Shown here piece by piece: positions 12,415-26,237 of a DNA stretch of 64,000 nucleotides (the stretch's first letter is position 1; each line of letters opens with the position of its first letter). Both the position numbers and the translations under genes were made by a program. A model generated the notes under the pieces. The model ran no database searches. It saw nothing but the letters and a program-made list of their open reading frames with translations, and was not told the DNA's origin. Source of the stretch: Paraphysomonas bandaiensis (taxonomy: Eukaryota > Protista > Chrysophyceae); assembly GCA_965644295.1 (NCBI GenBank), contig CBFFRP010000244.1, forward strand, positions 35,381-99,380, in the 5' to 3' direction.

Positions 12415-14742
12415 ATGGACGACATAAAAGATATCATTGGTACTATAGTGAGGGGGTGTGCGCAGGGCGGAGTCGTAGTCTCTGAGGTGCTTGCTGCCTT
12501 TGTTGCTCGTACGGTAATACACACACACGTATATATATACATACACACTGCTAACGTGCCTTTAGATCGTGGAATCAAGCACAGACTCCTTTGCTCTTGA
12601 TCGTGCGCTCACTTCTGAGGCGAAAGATGAGGTTATCATTCAGAGCATCGAGAAGCTGTTGGAGAAAGACAGTCCGCAGCTTGAGACTATGAAGATGCAG
12701 GTAAATACACTCATTGCGGTCGTTGTCGATACTATTTTTATATTAACTCTTTACAGGTTGACTTTGATTGTTCATTTTTAGAAGAAGACGCTGAGTTCCA
12801 AAAAACTATACGACTTCACAAAAAAGTTGTGTCCACAGCAAGGGCGAACATTGCCGAATTAGAAATGCAAGACGCGAATGACTTTGAAGCACTGACGACA
12901 TTGTACCGCAAAATATTTCGATTTCTTTTAGAATTTGTGCCGACAGAAAAATCTATACAGGACCGGGCCATCGAGAGGGAGGTGGCTGCAGCGTTAGAGA
13001 GCGTGTTTCCTAGGATTGGTCTAAAGGCGTTTGTGCAACTCTCTTACGAAGAAAAGAACGCGCAACTGATGGAACTTGCCCGCATTGTATTTGGCATTCG
13101 TCTTTTTAATCGCCATCAAGATAGAGGGGGGGCTGGTATCGATAATATTGATTCGAAATGTCCGGAATTAGCTGGAAGTATTGATCGCGAAATTCGAAAA
13201 GAAGCCGAATCTGTATCAAATTTGTGCAGTAAGTATCAGGAAATCATTGTGAAAACGCATTTGCAACGACGTCGTCTTGAAATGAAAGCGAGAGAGAAGA
13301 TTAACGGTAGAATAAACGATTGCAAAGACGAAGATATTAAGGGTGATGATAGCGTGGATGATGTGGAGATGGAAGACGAAGAAGTGGGTGACTGGCTGTT
13401 GGAGCGATGGTCACATGAGCTGGCTAATAGACGTCAGTATCTCGCATTTCTCAGAAGTTTGCAGGAAGAAGTGGGTGCTAGTGTGGCAAAGATCACTGAT
13501 TTGATAGATACAATTCAGGACGAATTGATCAACCTGAGTGGCTTGGTGGGGGGCCGGGCGTCGGTCGCGAAGGAGCAAGTTTACCCACGATTTGATGCTC
13601 TTGCCAGTACGTGGTTGACTCTTTGGGAAGAATATAACCTTTTGAGGGCCAGGAATAACACCTACATGAAATTAAAACTCTATCGATCATCCTATGTCTG
13701 TGCATTGACGGAACGCATGTATTCCACATTGGGAAGAATCATGGACTTGAAGGGAGATGTTGTGTCACTCGCTGCTGCAAAGAGTGGTGCATATGATGAT
13801 GAAAAAGCCACTATGACACCATTGGACAAGAAGCATAGCATTGAAGATAAATCTGGCAATAAAGGTGGTATGTCAAAGGTAGATGACGAAGACAACGACG
13901 GGGATGGTGGACCTGACGACATGACTGCTGAAGCAAAGACTGACAGTGCAAACAATGAATCTTCTATTCCGAGGGTTTACAATGATCGAGATATTGTACT
14001 GGAGACCATGTCAGCCAAAGGTGCTGCTCTACTTTCTGTACACGATACTCCCGATTTTATGCAGCTACCTCTTGAGTTACAAGGGTTCTGTCCATGGACA
14101 ATGGTGCACGCCAACGGCCTATTGGTTCCAGGAAAACCTGCTCTTGGAGTAATTCGATATGAAAATTTATACTACGTTTGCGAACATAAAGTCGCCATAA
14201 AAGCCTTTATGGATGATCCTGCTTATCATATAAAGAAAATCAAAGAAACTGCTCAAAAGAGTCCTGAATATATTCATTTGCTACGACTTCAAAACTACTT
14301 TCCTTCAGCCTCCATTGCTCGCCTCGTCGAAAGACCGGACTTTGATGCGCAAAGTGGAAGCAAACCAACGACCAAAGATGCTAGCACAGGAACTCCTACC
14401 CATTTCATTGAGAAGAGAATTGATCCTCATTATCATTGGAATGAGTGGGTATTGCGCCAGCGGGTGTTGAAAGTTGTAAATTTGAAAAATTGTCGCACTG
14501 TTGGACAACAAACAGATCAATCACATTTCAAGCGCGACAGCGAAACTCAAGTGTATTTGCCACGGGCGAAAGAAACTCAGACTAAACGTGACCGAGGAAC
14601 TAACCCAGCTACTAAGTCGGTGTATATAACTGGACTGCGAGGAAAGCTATCAGAAGATGCCAAGGCTGTTTCCAGATACATTTCTCCTGATGTTAGCAAC
14701 AAGGAAAGAGTTCGTGCAGTTACCCTCACTTTGGATCCATAA
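12415..14742 (+). CDS. CFAP206: Cilia- and flagella-associated protein 206
   Basis: Introns 12514-12565 and 12701-12756 restore the frame. Motifs REVAAALESVFP, GIRLFN, LELQGFCPWT..GLLVPGKP, TPTHF..HWNEWVLR. Confidence 0.93.
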
Positions 14743-15104
14743 TTCTTTACTGGAAAATGTTTTCAATGAAATGTTTAAATGAAATTAGCATGAGCCGGAT
14801 GTTATTGAAGCCTAGAATTTAGTTGTTCGGCAGTGTGCCCACTTCTGTAGTAGTAGTAGGGGCTGTAGTATGAAAACGTATTAATAATTATATGAGTTTA
14901 TGTTTTATACATTGGCCTTCGAAATGTAATTTTTAGTAGATCCTTATAAGCTTCAATGGATAGAGCGTCTGATCACAACTGCATACTTAGAACTAGCGAA
15001 TATGTACTGTTCGACATGTTAATCGCTTATGAAACAATACTTCAATACAGTTGTAGTGAGTTGACACATTTGTAGTCCCTAATGACAAATTCAATCTAAT
15101 TGAG

Positions 15105-16608
15105 AAGGGCTTGGTAACCATTAGTGACCCATTTATGAGTGCCCAGTTTCTGGCAATTACAATGGCAACTAAAATGACCACTAATACCGAACTAGATAAT
15201 AATTGCTCAAATATTTTTTATGAATGTTTTTGAGTTCAAATGCGATGCATATTTCCAATGATTTTTAGAATTTTTGGGCATGGTTGGGGCCATTGGCCTC
15301 TTATCAGCATTGAAGGATCAATTCTTTCGTTAGAATGAGAAAAAAAGCGTGATGATTATCATCACTACACGTAACAGAGTCATTGATAAATTTGATTCGA
15401 TATGATGAAGAAAAGTAAGTAAAAGTATGAAATTTTCAAGTAGTATATATCATAATGTGAATGGATGGAAGATAAATAATACGATGACATATATGGTAGT
15501 CACTTATGCCGTTATATTTGTTCTATATTGTGAGCTATTACTACTTTACCTGATATATATATATGTCGCACATAAAACAATTAAAGTGTTTATTGCAATT
15601 GAATGTCTTATTATTAGCAATAGGAGTTTAAGATTTAGTGCTTAACTCTGATATCCTATTGTGCGTCACCTCAACCACTTTCGCCCTATCACTCAAAGCA
15701 AATGCAGCGAGCAGGAGAAGAATGTCGACAAACCTGACATCTTCTGACTTCTAGATTTTTGAGTCCTTAAGGTGAACAGCCTGGATGCTTGACTTTAGTA
15801 GAGGCAGCCCAACAATATCCCGGATGCCTATTTATTTGTCAAGGCCCAAAGACGTCTACACAAATGAAACGTATTTGTGTCCCTTGTACCACACAAGTAT
15901 TTGGCTATGAGTGGGCAGAACAATATCTGCTACTATATATATGCAACTCACGTTAGTTTCCCGGAGAAATATCTCCGGTACTTGTTCCCCAGAACACCAC
16001 GAAGAGAGGCGAGTCCAACTTTGTGGAGGGTAAAGTTATGTACTTTTAAGTAAGAAATTATAATTATTAATTTAAGCACTTCACAGCTTATTCGTGTAAC
16101 TCACGGCGAACACCTGTTCTCAGCAACATGTGTTTATCATATATATGTTGAGGCTTACTATAGCAAACACCACGAAGCAGGAACTTCAATTTGTCGAGTG
16201 TGTTGTTGCTCACAAATCTATTTTCTAACTCTTATATATATATATGGCAATAAGTTTGCCTCTGATAATGCGAATGCTTCCACGAAGTAGCTGTAGAGTT
16301 GCATGAACATTGTTTAGAGTTTCTTTGGAGAATAAAGGAGATACTATATATATCGTTACAATTTAATACACTTAATACTATATAACATGTATCAAGTACC
16401 AGTAATTATATACTAATATTTTGTAATTTAATCATTATAATTGGACTTGAAAATATTATTATATTTTACTTTAGCTAGCAATATATTGTCGACTGGCCCT
16501 GGTAATTACCACTAATGGGTGCCCAGTTACCGGAAATAATGGCTTTACTATTAATTGTAATTAATCACATCGATTGTAATTAATTGTATTACTATTAATC
16601 AGACCCTG
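15105..16608 (+). mobile_element. Non-autonomous hAT-like DNA transposon carrying a nested insert of about 560 bp (15599-16158)
   Basis: Termini AAGGGC.../...CCCTG with an 8-bp TSD TAATTGAG/TAATAGAG (7 of 8). Subterminal GTGCCCAGTT motifs. The body matches 26840-27800 and 36654-37350. Confidence 0.75.
15599..16044 (+). repeat. Repeat family D, copy 1 (decayed coding fragment)
   Basis: Matches the reverse complement of 16770-17080 and 48025-48114. Followed at about 16045-16148 by a diverged fragment of the Copia-1 LTR. Confidence 0.8.
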
Positions 16609-16754
16609 TAATAGAGAGCATCACATCGATCAGACATTCCCTTGAAATTATTTGTGTGACCTTCTTCCGATATCGTAATTAATTTCCAGAAGTCACAACA
16701 AATTTGTGCTGATTAGTTATGGGTAGAGGTCTAACTAGTATGCCTAGCATTCAA

Positions 16755-17080
16755 CTAGCCACTATATTGGTACAAGTTTTTTCCCTCAACAAATTCGGAC
16801 TCGCACCTTTTCGTGGTGTTCTGGGGGATAAGTACTGGAGAGATTCTCTCTGGGAAACTAACGTGAGCCGCAAACATAGTCAGCAGATATTCTTCTGCCC
16901 ACTCATAGCCGAATGCTTGTGTGGTACAAGGGATACCAATAAGTGTCACTTGTGTAGTCGTCTTTGGCCCCTGACAAATAAACAGGCATCCGGGAATGGG
17001 TCCACCTCAAGGGCATCCGGGACAGGGCCCACTTGCTATTGCTATTTAACCCCTATTGCTAAATAATAAGACTTTCAATA
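16755..17080 (-). repeat. Repeat family D, copy 2
   Basis: Encodes ...PGCLFICQGPKTTTQVTLIGIPCTTQAFGYEWAEEYLL...VEGKNLYQYSG*. Shares the terminal TTGAAwGTCTTATTATT with copy 1. Confidence 0.8.
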
Positions 17081-17323
17081 TAGAAGTCGTATTACGATAT
17101 TTGATACGGTCTTCAATCGCTTAATCATTACACAATTAATATTATTACTTTGCTATAATGTTATTCTATTTCACTACTCGTGTAGGCGTTGAAGAATATT
17201 ATATTGCTCGAATATGTGTTCCATACGCACCGTGTATAGAAAGGAGATACAGCTGAATTACGCATATATAGTAAAATATAAATATGCGATGCACAAATTA
17301 TTTTTACAAATCTTACCAAACCA

Positions 17324-20300
17324 TTATGAAGCAGTGTAGTTATACAAAAAACTTTCAATGATAACAATTGACAGTTCATAGCACACAGAAACGCTTTCGC
17401 ATTGCTTAATAAACTCCTGTAGTGTGGTACCTGACACATCTTTCGTTGACATGCAATCGCTCACTCTGGGTGTACTGGATGGAAGCCAAACGAAGCCATC
17501 CAATCCTACTCTGACAGCAGCATTACCTTTGCGCTGCATATACTGATTGTCATAATGAATGTGACGCCGTCCTCTATTTCTTGGAGTCGAAGACAGCGAT
17601 TTAACCGAATCAATACTTCCAACCACGTTTTCTTCAGTTTGATGCTTCGGCAATTCAGACTCAGCACTAGGTACTGTTTCCGCAACTTTTTCAGGAACTT
17701 TAGTCGCAGATTCATTCGACATAACACTGACACCTTGCATCAGCGGGGATGTAGAAACCAGAGTCGATGTAGAACCGGAAAGAGTATTAGTGCCAAACGA
17801 TCCAATTCCGTACAGTGCTTTCTCCCTACTCGGACTTCCGGGAATAATTTCGTCAGTGGACTCCTCGGATAATGACTCAGCGTGGCTGGCACTGTCAAGA
17901 CTGCACACTGATTCCGAAGAGTTCATGGCTGATGGAACTTTTTCATCCGCTTTATCACACTTTATTTCATCTGCCATATGAAGCAGCTGCTGCCTGGCAC
18001 TTCCCCTACCTGTAAAACGAGACCCAATGTCCATAAATCTGCTCCGAAAATCCGATCGGACTGGTGACCCCGCTTGTGTAGTTTTAAGATAAGACAACTT
18101 CTGCGACAGTTGAGACTCGCGATTTCGAGAATTTGTTTGCCTTCCTCCTGTGTAATTGCGAGAGTGTACGTCATATTTACATTGCGGATCTCGCATTCCA
18201 AGATCAGTCCAGTTCGTTCGCTGCTTCTCATCAGGAATCCAATCGAACTCTGTACACATTAAAATAAGTTTCTCGATTCGTGAAGTAGGCGACTCATATT
18301 GTTTAAGTACAGATAATGTCACGTGGGGTGGCGATGAAGGCGGTAGTGTCAACGGCGGAACACGAATAATAGGATGAGCCCTAAAGGGGTGCAACTGCAA
18401 ATTGGATGCACAAAAGTATTCCGGTATTTGAACAATGCGCAATGGGAGACTGGAAACGCGCCTAAAGAGATTATTTATAAATTTGTCCATTAATGCAGGA
18501 ATGCAAACAATCCAATGAATAGCAAAATGGAATACTCTTTTAAAGTTGTACGTGGGCTCACATTGAAGATAAGCCCACTGGGGAAGAGTGGTGGACTGAT
18601 GCTTTCCAGCCAACCAAAACTTGACATTAAGCATCTGTTTCTTGGGATTACACCCACGATCTGTATTCACATTTTCGTAGGATACCACTAAATCATCTGC
18701 GCGGTCACAATATGAATGAAACACACTCAAAAATTTTTCAAATGCATTTTTGTAATCGTCTACGACGTTCGATAAATCTACAGACAACACAGGTATCACA
18801 GCAAATCTCAGTCTCTTTGCTTTCGAACCCTCTGATAAAACATCCATATTCCCGAGGAGAACTTCATCGGTAAGGTTCCATGAGTACTCTGGCTCTGGAT
18901 ACTGATAAAATAACTGCTTCGTGCTTTCAAATTTATGGAGATACCGTGACCATATTTTGTACGAGTAAAGAGCAGTTGTGTCACTGTCATTGACACCAAT
19001 TTTAGACATGTAGCGATGAACGCTAACGGCACCACGCGATGGTAAATATGAAAGAAATTGAATTCGGTGTCCCATTGAAAGCGCAATAAATTGCTGATCC
19101 GACGCCTCCTTTTCGTTGGTGGACAATACGAATCGTTTGTAGGACTTCATATCAACCGCATCAGCGTCAACAACTTGGAATTCCTGGGCTAAGCGCTGAT
19201 TCACCATTTCCTCTAGAAGAGCCTCGGGATTTCTATAAGGACATACGGAAGGATCTAACAACAATGAATAATTGGATAGTGTATATCCGTTTCTAATATC
19301 GTCAATCGCTGGCAAGTAATCAGTTGCCAATGGTAGAACGGCAGGCTGGCAAAGGCTGTTATAATTTAAATGATAGCCAGTGCTAATATTGGATTCAACG
19401 TGTCCAGAAGAAAATGCATAAGCCCACCTCCGTCTGTTGTGTGTTCGCGTTTCCATAAATTGTTGTCCCTCCTCTCTGCGAAAAGGGTTTATTCCGTACC
19501 TGCGCTTTTGAAACTCTTGTAATGGAAGTGAGAAAAGTCCCTTGTATGACACCGGAGGTTGAGACTTCAATCTATCACGGTCGATGTCCAGGCTTCCAGC
19601 AAGCGACACACCTGCACCATCTGGAGGTGTCGCACACATAACACTGTTATCAGCTCCAGCTGAAGATGCCGAACGATGGCCGTCCCCACGTTGATCGTCT
19701 GATTTCTGAGATTGACGGCTCAATTGTTGGGATGTCTCGATATCACTTAGTGATGTTGCCACACCACTCTGTCGCTGAGTGGAGTGGGTGGAAATTCCTT
19801 TCCACTCCTTTCGAGTTGCATCAATGCGGGTTCGAGACACAGGTATAGCAATAGGTGCACTGCTCTTTACCGCAGCTCTAGAAACATTCGATGGCTTGCG
19901 TTGCGGAGGACTGTCATTGGCACTCTCCTTCGCAACTGCATTAAAATACTGTTGGCGAAACCTATTTGACATTCGCGTTACAAGCGGCGAGTTAGTTACA
20001 GGATTCGTAGTCAGGGCAGGTCGCGACATGACGTGGCTTGTTGTGTCATTTCCATCGACCTGAGCTGAGGAGTAATTCGCGCCACGATTGTGCCTTATGC
20101 CGTCAGCATATTCTACGGGAAATTCTTGAAAGTTATACCCACTCATAACACGTGCACTTTGTGGTATTGGATTCGGCAAATAAGGTACTCGAGAATGTGA
20201 ACGGTTGCAGGCTTTGCTTCTATCCGATATCGCTTCTCCCACTGCATCTTCTTTTACATTAGTATTCAGATACAAATTTCCGCCCTGGCCAGATAGAGAT

Positions 20301-22662
20301 CCCGCACAATTAGACACGCCGATAGGCACCATCGTATGGGCTCCAGCAGAAGCTTTATAATCACTGCACTCACTATCTCTCCGACTTAAGGTTTTCGAAA
20401 ACACCTGACAATAGCATACACTTAAATTCATATCGAAACTTGCAAAAATCATACCTGGTACACTCTACTTCCAATACCTTTATCATGTAAATGCATTCGC
20501 TCTGCAAGAGTGGTTTTCTCACTTTCTAATGTCCCATTTGCAATCATGCTCAATAAATTATCAGAACTGTCCGAAGATTCAAGAGGTGATCCCACTGCAG
20601 GAGTTGCACTTGCGACATTGCACTTCTCACGAAAATCGATTTTTCCCCATACAACGACCTTATCCGGTATGCTATTAGTATTACAAGAATTTACGTTCAA
20701 TTTAGGCCCCGTGTCGCTACACTTTTCACTCTTAGATTCATCATGAAAATTATCATGTACGTTAGAATCACAATACTTCCCAGTTATGCTGTACAATAAT
20801 GCCCGAGGAATAGATGAAAAGAGAGGAAGCGTGACAGAGTTTGACCTTGCAAAACCGCTTAATATATCTGTGTAAGGAAATGGGGCAAAACTCCCCCATA
20901 AATCTTCCTGGAGTAGCATGACTTCTGTATTGAGTGAAGTCGCATGATTCGTAGCTAAGGACGGCTGTGCTGCAACTGATCCAAAGCTGTTATTCCGCGC
21001 ATGTGACTTCACATTAAGACTATCCCTCCTAGACTGCTGTCCACTTTCGTTCACATGAGATACGTGAGAAGGTAAATTATCAAGTGACCGCCGCTTTCTC
21101 CTCTTTCCTTGCTCAGGCATATATCGAAACTGTGCAGCATAGGTTGTTGTTGTCAGCGGTTTTAGTGCGTCGTCGGCATCCAGCTGCTCTAGCCCCGTCC
21201 ATCTAAAGTCGTTCTTTGGAGGACCATTCCATCCATCAAAAACTTGTGATTCCGAATACTTTGTTTTCGCAGTCATCGGAGTTTGAGCGACCCCGGACAT
21301 TTTCATATGCAGTGCCATAGAAGACCTAATAAAAGATTATTTCACGACAGAAAAAAAATATTGCACTTGCCTTGTGTCTTTTCCTATTAGAATATACTGC
21401 AAATTAATCCAGTGAGGCACTTCATAAAATCCGCCTACGCCATGATCTTTCGGGAGAACATGAAAAAGAGGAACGACGTGAAGTGGTGGCTGGGAGAGTG
21501 AGACTAAATCCATTCCTATTCCGGTGTCCATCATGCGCTGCTTGGTAATCTGTGCAAGCTTCGGGTCAACTTTAAAATAGCCCGAGCCAGCTGTGACCAT
21601 GACGATACTGTTTCCTGTCCGCACGAGATCACGGTCCATGTAATGTTTATCTAGAACGTTGAAAGTCACATTGATGGCTTCTAGCATATTCCCTTCCGCG
21701 GCCCCACTGGGAACAGTAATGGTGCCAGTAGACGATGGCTTGGAGGGGGAGTCAGGCATGTCTCCATTCACATTTGGGAATGGCACTTTCCAATTCAGAG
21801 CCTTTGCAAAATCCCAGAATTCCGCCTTAAGATTTCTGATAACAATTGATTTGTCATACACTGTCGAGTTTTCTAACACAACTTTAAAGTAATCTTGGTA
21901 TGAAACCCGTTCGGAGGCATCTGAGACGGTCTCCTCGGTGGAAATAACTTTATCACTATCAGCTTTTCCCTTCAGACGAAAGGTTCTTGCAAAAAACACT
22001 ATTGACAAAGAGTGAGTAACATCCTTGCTTTTCCACCTATCTAGAATAGGATCCACGAACATGTGTAAAAAGCGTTCGAAATACAAATTTCCATTCCTCT
22101 CCATTTCCCACATTTCCGATGATATCTGAATTAGCCAATAAATTCTTGCAGAGCGCGAACGAAATACAATGTTTGTCTTCGGTGTTATGATGCCAGACTT
22201 CACGTACTTTCTTTTCGTTTCAAGTTCTTGTATCTGAGCTTGCACATTTTCAATGCTCACCGACTGTCCACTGTACATTATTCTCCCGACAATGGCGTGT
22301 TTGAATCGCAATATATGACCGCGCTGAACAAATTGCCTTTTGCATGCTAATACAGCAAACTCTACTTCAGCATCTTCAGAGGCCACAGCACTGACCATAA
22401 CACGAGACGACAGTGAGTTCAAGCTGAGTAATTCCGCCACAAGTTTGGACACCATAACCTCATATCTATTCCCTCTTGTGGACGTCACAGAGGTTACTTT
22501 CAACACCAGCTGATCATCCTTACTCTCTAGGTTCGATATCTGTACGTAGTCGCCCTCTGATATGGAGGGAGCGGTCTCGCTGCTTATCTCAGGGTGCTGG
22601 AGAGATATAGCGTCATCATTTGACTTGTTGTCTATGCGCACTGTGTACGTCCTCTGCGTCAT
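17324..22662 (-). CDS. DEPDC5: GATOR1 subunit DEPDC5/Iml1
   Basis: IML1 motifs FRSRSARIYWLIQISSEMWE and GNMLEAINVTFNVLDKHYMDRDLVRTG; RRRWAYAF; C-terminal FHFAIHWIVC. Introns 21370-21326 (GC-AG) and 20454-20405. The first in-frame ATG is at 22662. Confidence 0.92.
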
Positions 22663-24629
22663 GACTCTCACTCGATGTCCCCCTACATCAGACACAGCAT
22701 ACTCTCCAGCTCTGCCTCTCTTGAGTATGCGTGTGTGTATATGTATCTGGGCATGAAGTCAACTTCGTCTGCTCCTCTATACATACATACACTCCGCTCT
22801 ACAGAACCCTCTGCTATGACTACATGAAATACCCCCTATACACTTTGTATACCATGTGCGTGATTGACTGCACATAAGATATGATGAGTATACATACGGC
22901 ACGTATTCTTCAGTATAGTAGTTGACGATGTATGGAGTTGGTGGGTATCTTGCATATCTATCCATGATATGACAGTGTCCCTCACTCATAACCGTGCAGT
23001 CAATACATATGCATCGCAACTAGACGTCACTACTTGGTGCAATGACGACAAGTAGCATACATACTTTCTAATATTTTGAGTAGAAGGAGAAGGACTATGT
23101 TTCATTCAAGCAAATGTCTTATTTATTCTCAGGCCATATTCATATCTTGTAACTTAGAGCACATTGAGCTATACATATAACATTATATATATGATGATTG
23201 ATGTGAAGAATTCAAGGAAGTTAAATGTTTCATAATAGCGAAACAAGTCTATCCATTTGCATGCATTCCATACCTAACGGCATAGATATCTATCGATCAC
23301 ACTCACTGTCAGTTTGCCATACCTTCATATTGCATGTTTGCTTGAGATGTATTGAGTACAAGAAGAGAATACCGCAACGTCAGATGGGGGAAGCAGGCAC
23401 TGCATGTAGTGATAACTAGGACAGGGTTGTCGAATATAACTTAGGGTTTTGTAGGAACGCACAATTTGGTCACATCATTTAACGAAACCCCGATAAGAAA
23501 TGAAAGAAGAGGCGGGAAATCGATTCGCTGCTGAAACACGCCCTAGGATTATGATAGTAGTTTGTTATTGGGACACACCAAAATTAATATAAAATAATAT
23601 GATATGATAGTGAGTAGAGTAATAAATGTATATATAATAGAAGTATAAGTGCATGTAAGGTAGAGATGAAGTTTCTGTGGAAGTGTATCATAAGTAATGT
23701 TAAGCAAGTATAGCGACTTGCATGAAAACTCTCAATGGCACTGCAATAATAGCAATGCTCTGTTTCACACAATATTGGCCATTCAGTATCCGATTCAGAC
23801 AGATAAATACATAAATACGATCGCCATAATTTTATTTCTGCAATAACTACAACCAAACCGTACAAGTAGTTAAAGCTGGTCCTTGCAACTCATAAAAAAT
23901 AATATATATACCAGGAATTAGTGATATTGAACAACATATTATGATAGTGTTGTTTGTGTAAATACGATTACAATTTACAATCATATACAATAGACACTTT
24001 GGTCTAAACCATATATATCTGCTGGCAACGGAACTGCCGGTCAGAATCGTGTTGCTACATTTGATGAAGTCTATGTAGAAACAAAAAAATGCATACTTTA
24101 TATCTATATAGTTTTTCCTGCTCTTGATTAATACTTGTAGCACTAACAATTCTTCCACACGATATAGCAGCATACAGAAGTAAAATAGTGGTACGGAATA
24201 TATATTATATATCTACGGTAATGACTTTGCGGAAATCTGTAGAATGATCAAACGATTCGTCGTCATAAATTTATGCCTGTACTAGAGAAGGGAAATGCAT
24301 ACATGAGTAACCATAACAAACTAAACACACAGCTGTATGAACTCGTGATGTGTATATGTTACACATATTTATATATTATTCACAAAGCATGAATCACTGC
24401 AGCACAAGCAAATATTAACATTGCATCCCTCATTACGTCGCCACAAAAGGAACATATGCTACTCAATATTTATGGATCGAAAAGGTGAAACATAATACTG
24501 ATACTCATGTAGTATTTGATATTTACATATAGAGTTATTACGAACCCGTGAATTTATTTTCATGGAAGACTCGCCACTGGTAGTACCATAGATTGCTGAG
24601 GACTTTGTATTACCCACTTCTGATGGCTC

Positions 24630-25319
24630 TTAATTTATTGTCGACTTAATATTATGAGATGATAAGAAATCGTCCGTTACATTTGGAAGGGTCGCTAGAA
24701 AACGGTTGACCTCCTCGAATTGCTTATGTAAATAGTGCTTCATGTCCTCGGCATTCCAACTTTCAAAGTGCCAGCAATCATCATCCGCCTCTCTTCGCAT
24801 TAAGTCTCGCCTACAATTCGGACATGACGGGTTTTGGTCGCGCCAATCCTAAGACAGTAGTATCAGAATATATAAAAGACATATGCAAGTCGACACCTCA
24901 AAGCATTTAGTACAGAAGCTATGACTACACGGCAATACAATGTCCACAGGAGCATCCATACAAATAGTGCACTCATCGGAATCTTTTTTTAATTCATTTA
25001 GAGCTCCGGCAGCTACTAAGCGCTCAATGTCATACGCCATTTTGCGGAGGGTTAAATATTGACTGTAGCTCAAAACTCTTTTGACCTGAGATCTTGGTAT
25101 TTCACCACCACCCTCGATTACAGTACCGTGAATCAATTCTGACTGTGAGTAAGAAATAACATAACTTGGAGACTCAGGAAAAACATATTTAATGAACGAT
25201 AAATGAGAGGCCTCTCTCGAGTTACTGACAGCGACATGTAGGATGAAATCATCATATAATAACCTCATTCTTTCCGCCACCACTTTCGCCTCATCTAATC
25301 CCGATTGGCTTTGGCCCAT
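24630..25319 (-). CDS. RING-HC E3 ligase, RNF141-like, with N-myristoylation motif
   Basis: MGQSQS start. Intron 24896-24849 completes the C3HC4 RING CTIC..CSHSFCTKC..W..CPNC. Stop at 24630. Confidence 0.85.
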
Positions 25320-25790
25320 GACTGAATGAGATGTTAATGGGAAGCACTGATATCTCCCTCCCTCCCTCACTCACTCTTCCTTATGATTCCTATGATCGTT
25401 CGACTGCTTCGACTGCTGTCTGCTGCTGTATAGGAGTGTAATACAGCAGCAGTACTGCATAGAGTACACTGTGTTCGCAATTCCTACAACAGTATTCCGC
25501 GGTATTCTTGGAAGACAGGTCGAGGTGTTGGAGTTGAGTGAGATCGTATCGGCATCCTTTGTATATTTTTGTTCAAATATGCCTCGTACATTGAGACAAT
25601 AATTATGTGTATTACAGCCGTAGTTTTATCACAGTAATATAGAGGATTTCTGCTTCAATATATTTCCGAATACTATGATGCTGTCTGCCGATACGATCAG
25701 AGGAGTGCTCTGCTCTGTTCGGCTGTGTGCAATAAGTAGCGCCTCATTTCAGTTCATTTACATCTGAGACTATTCGTGCGTCTCTGCGAT

Positions 25791-26237
25791 ATGAGATCAG
25801 AGCATAAAGGTTGTGATGACGATGAAGAAACTGTGAGGACCCCGTGGAGAAAGTCCATACTAGGCGACGCAGTCCTCTACTGCTCATCTGATGACTTCGA
25901 AGAGGAAATTAATAACTTTAAGAGAAATAATGCGCATATTTTTGCTCAGTATGCAGAGTCGAAACACTCTGATGATATGGAGCATAAGTTAGAGTGTACT
26001 GAAGCATTTAATGAATATCAAAACCTAATTGAGAGTTTACTTGAAGACTTTACCGCTTCAAAGGGGTCGACAGTGAAGGAGTTTTATGCAGAATGCAGAA
26101 GTTCCATAGAAGGAGGATTTACTGCACTTTTTGAGGATCATGAACACAAGTGGTTTGTTGATGCTCTCCTTTCTTGGCTAGATTACTCGCACTTCTTTGA
26201 AGATATGGTTCGTGCTTCTAGAATGAGTCATAAATAG
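25791..26237 (+). CDS. BART-domain protein (ARL2BP/CFAP36-like)
   Basis: EHKLECTEAFNEYQNLIESLLEDF...FVDALLSWLDYSHFFEDM matches the BART pattern. Confidence 0.8.
   Translation: MRSEHKGCDDDEETVRTPWRKSILGDAVLYCSSDDFEEEINNFKRNNAHIFAQYAESKHSDDMEHKLECTEAFNEYQNLIESLLEDFTASKGSTVKEFYAECRSSIEGGFTALFEDHEHKWFVDALLSWLDYSHFFEDMVRASRMSHK

Noticed and set aside
23422-23546. Tiny CAGGG...CCCT element
   Set aside because: Only about 4 bp of terminal symmetry, no second copy and no clear TSD.
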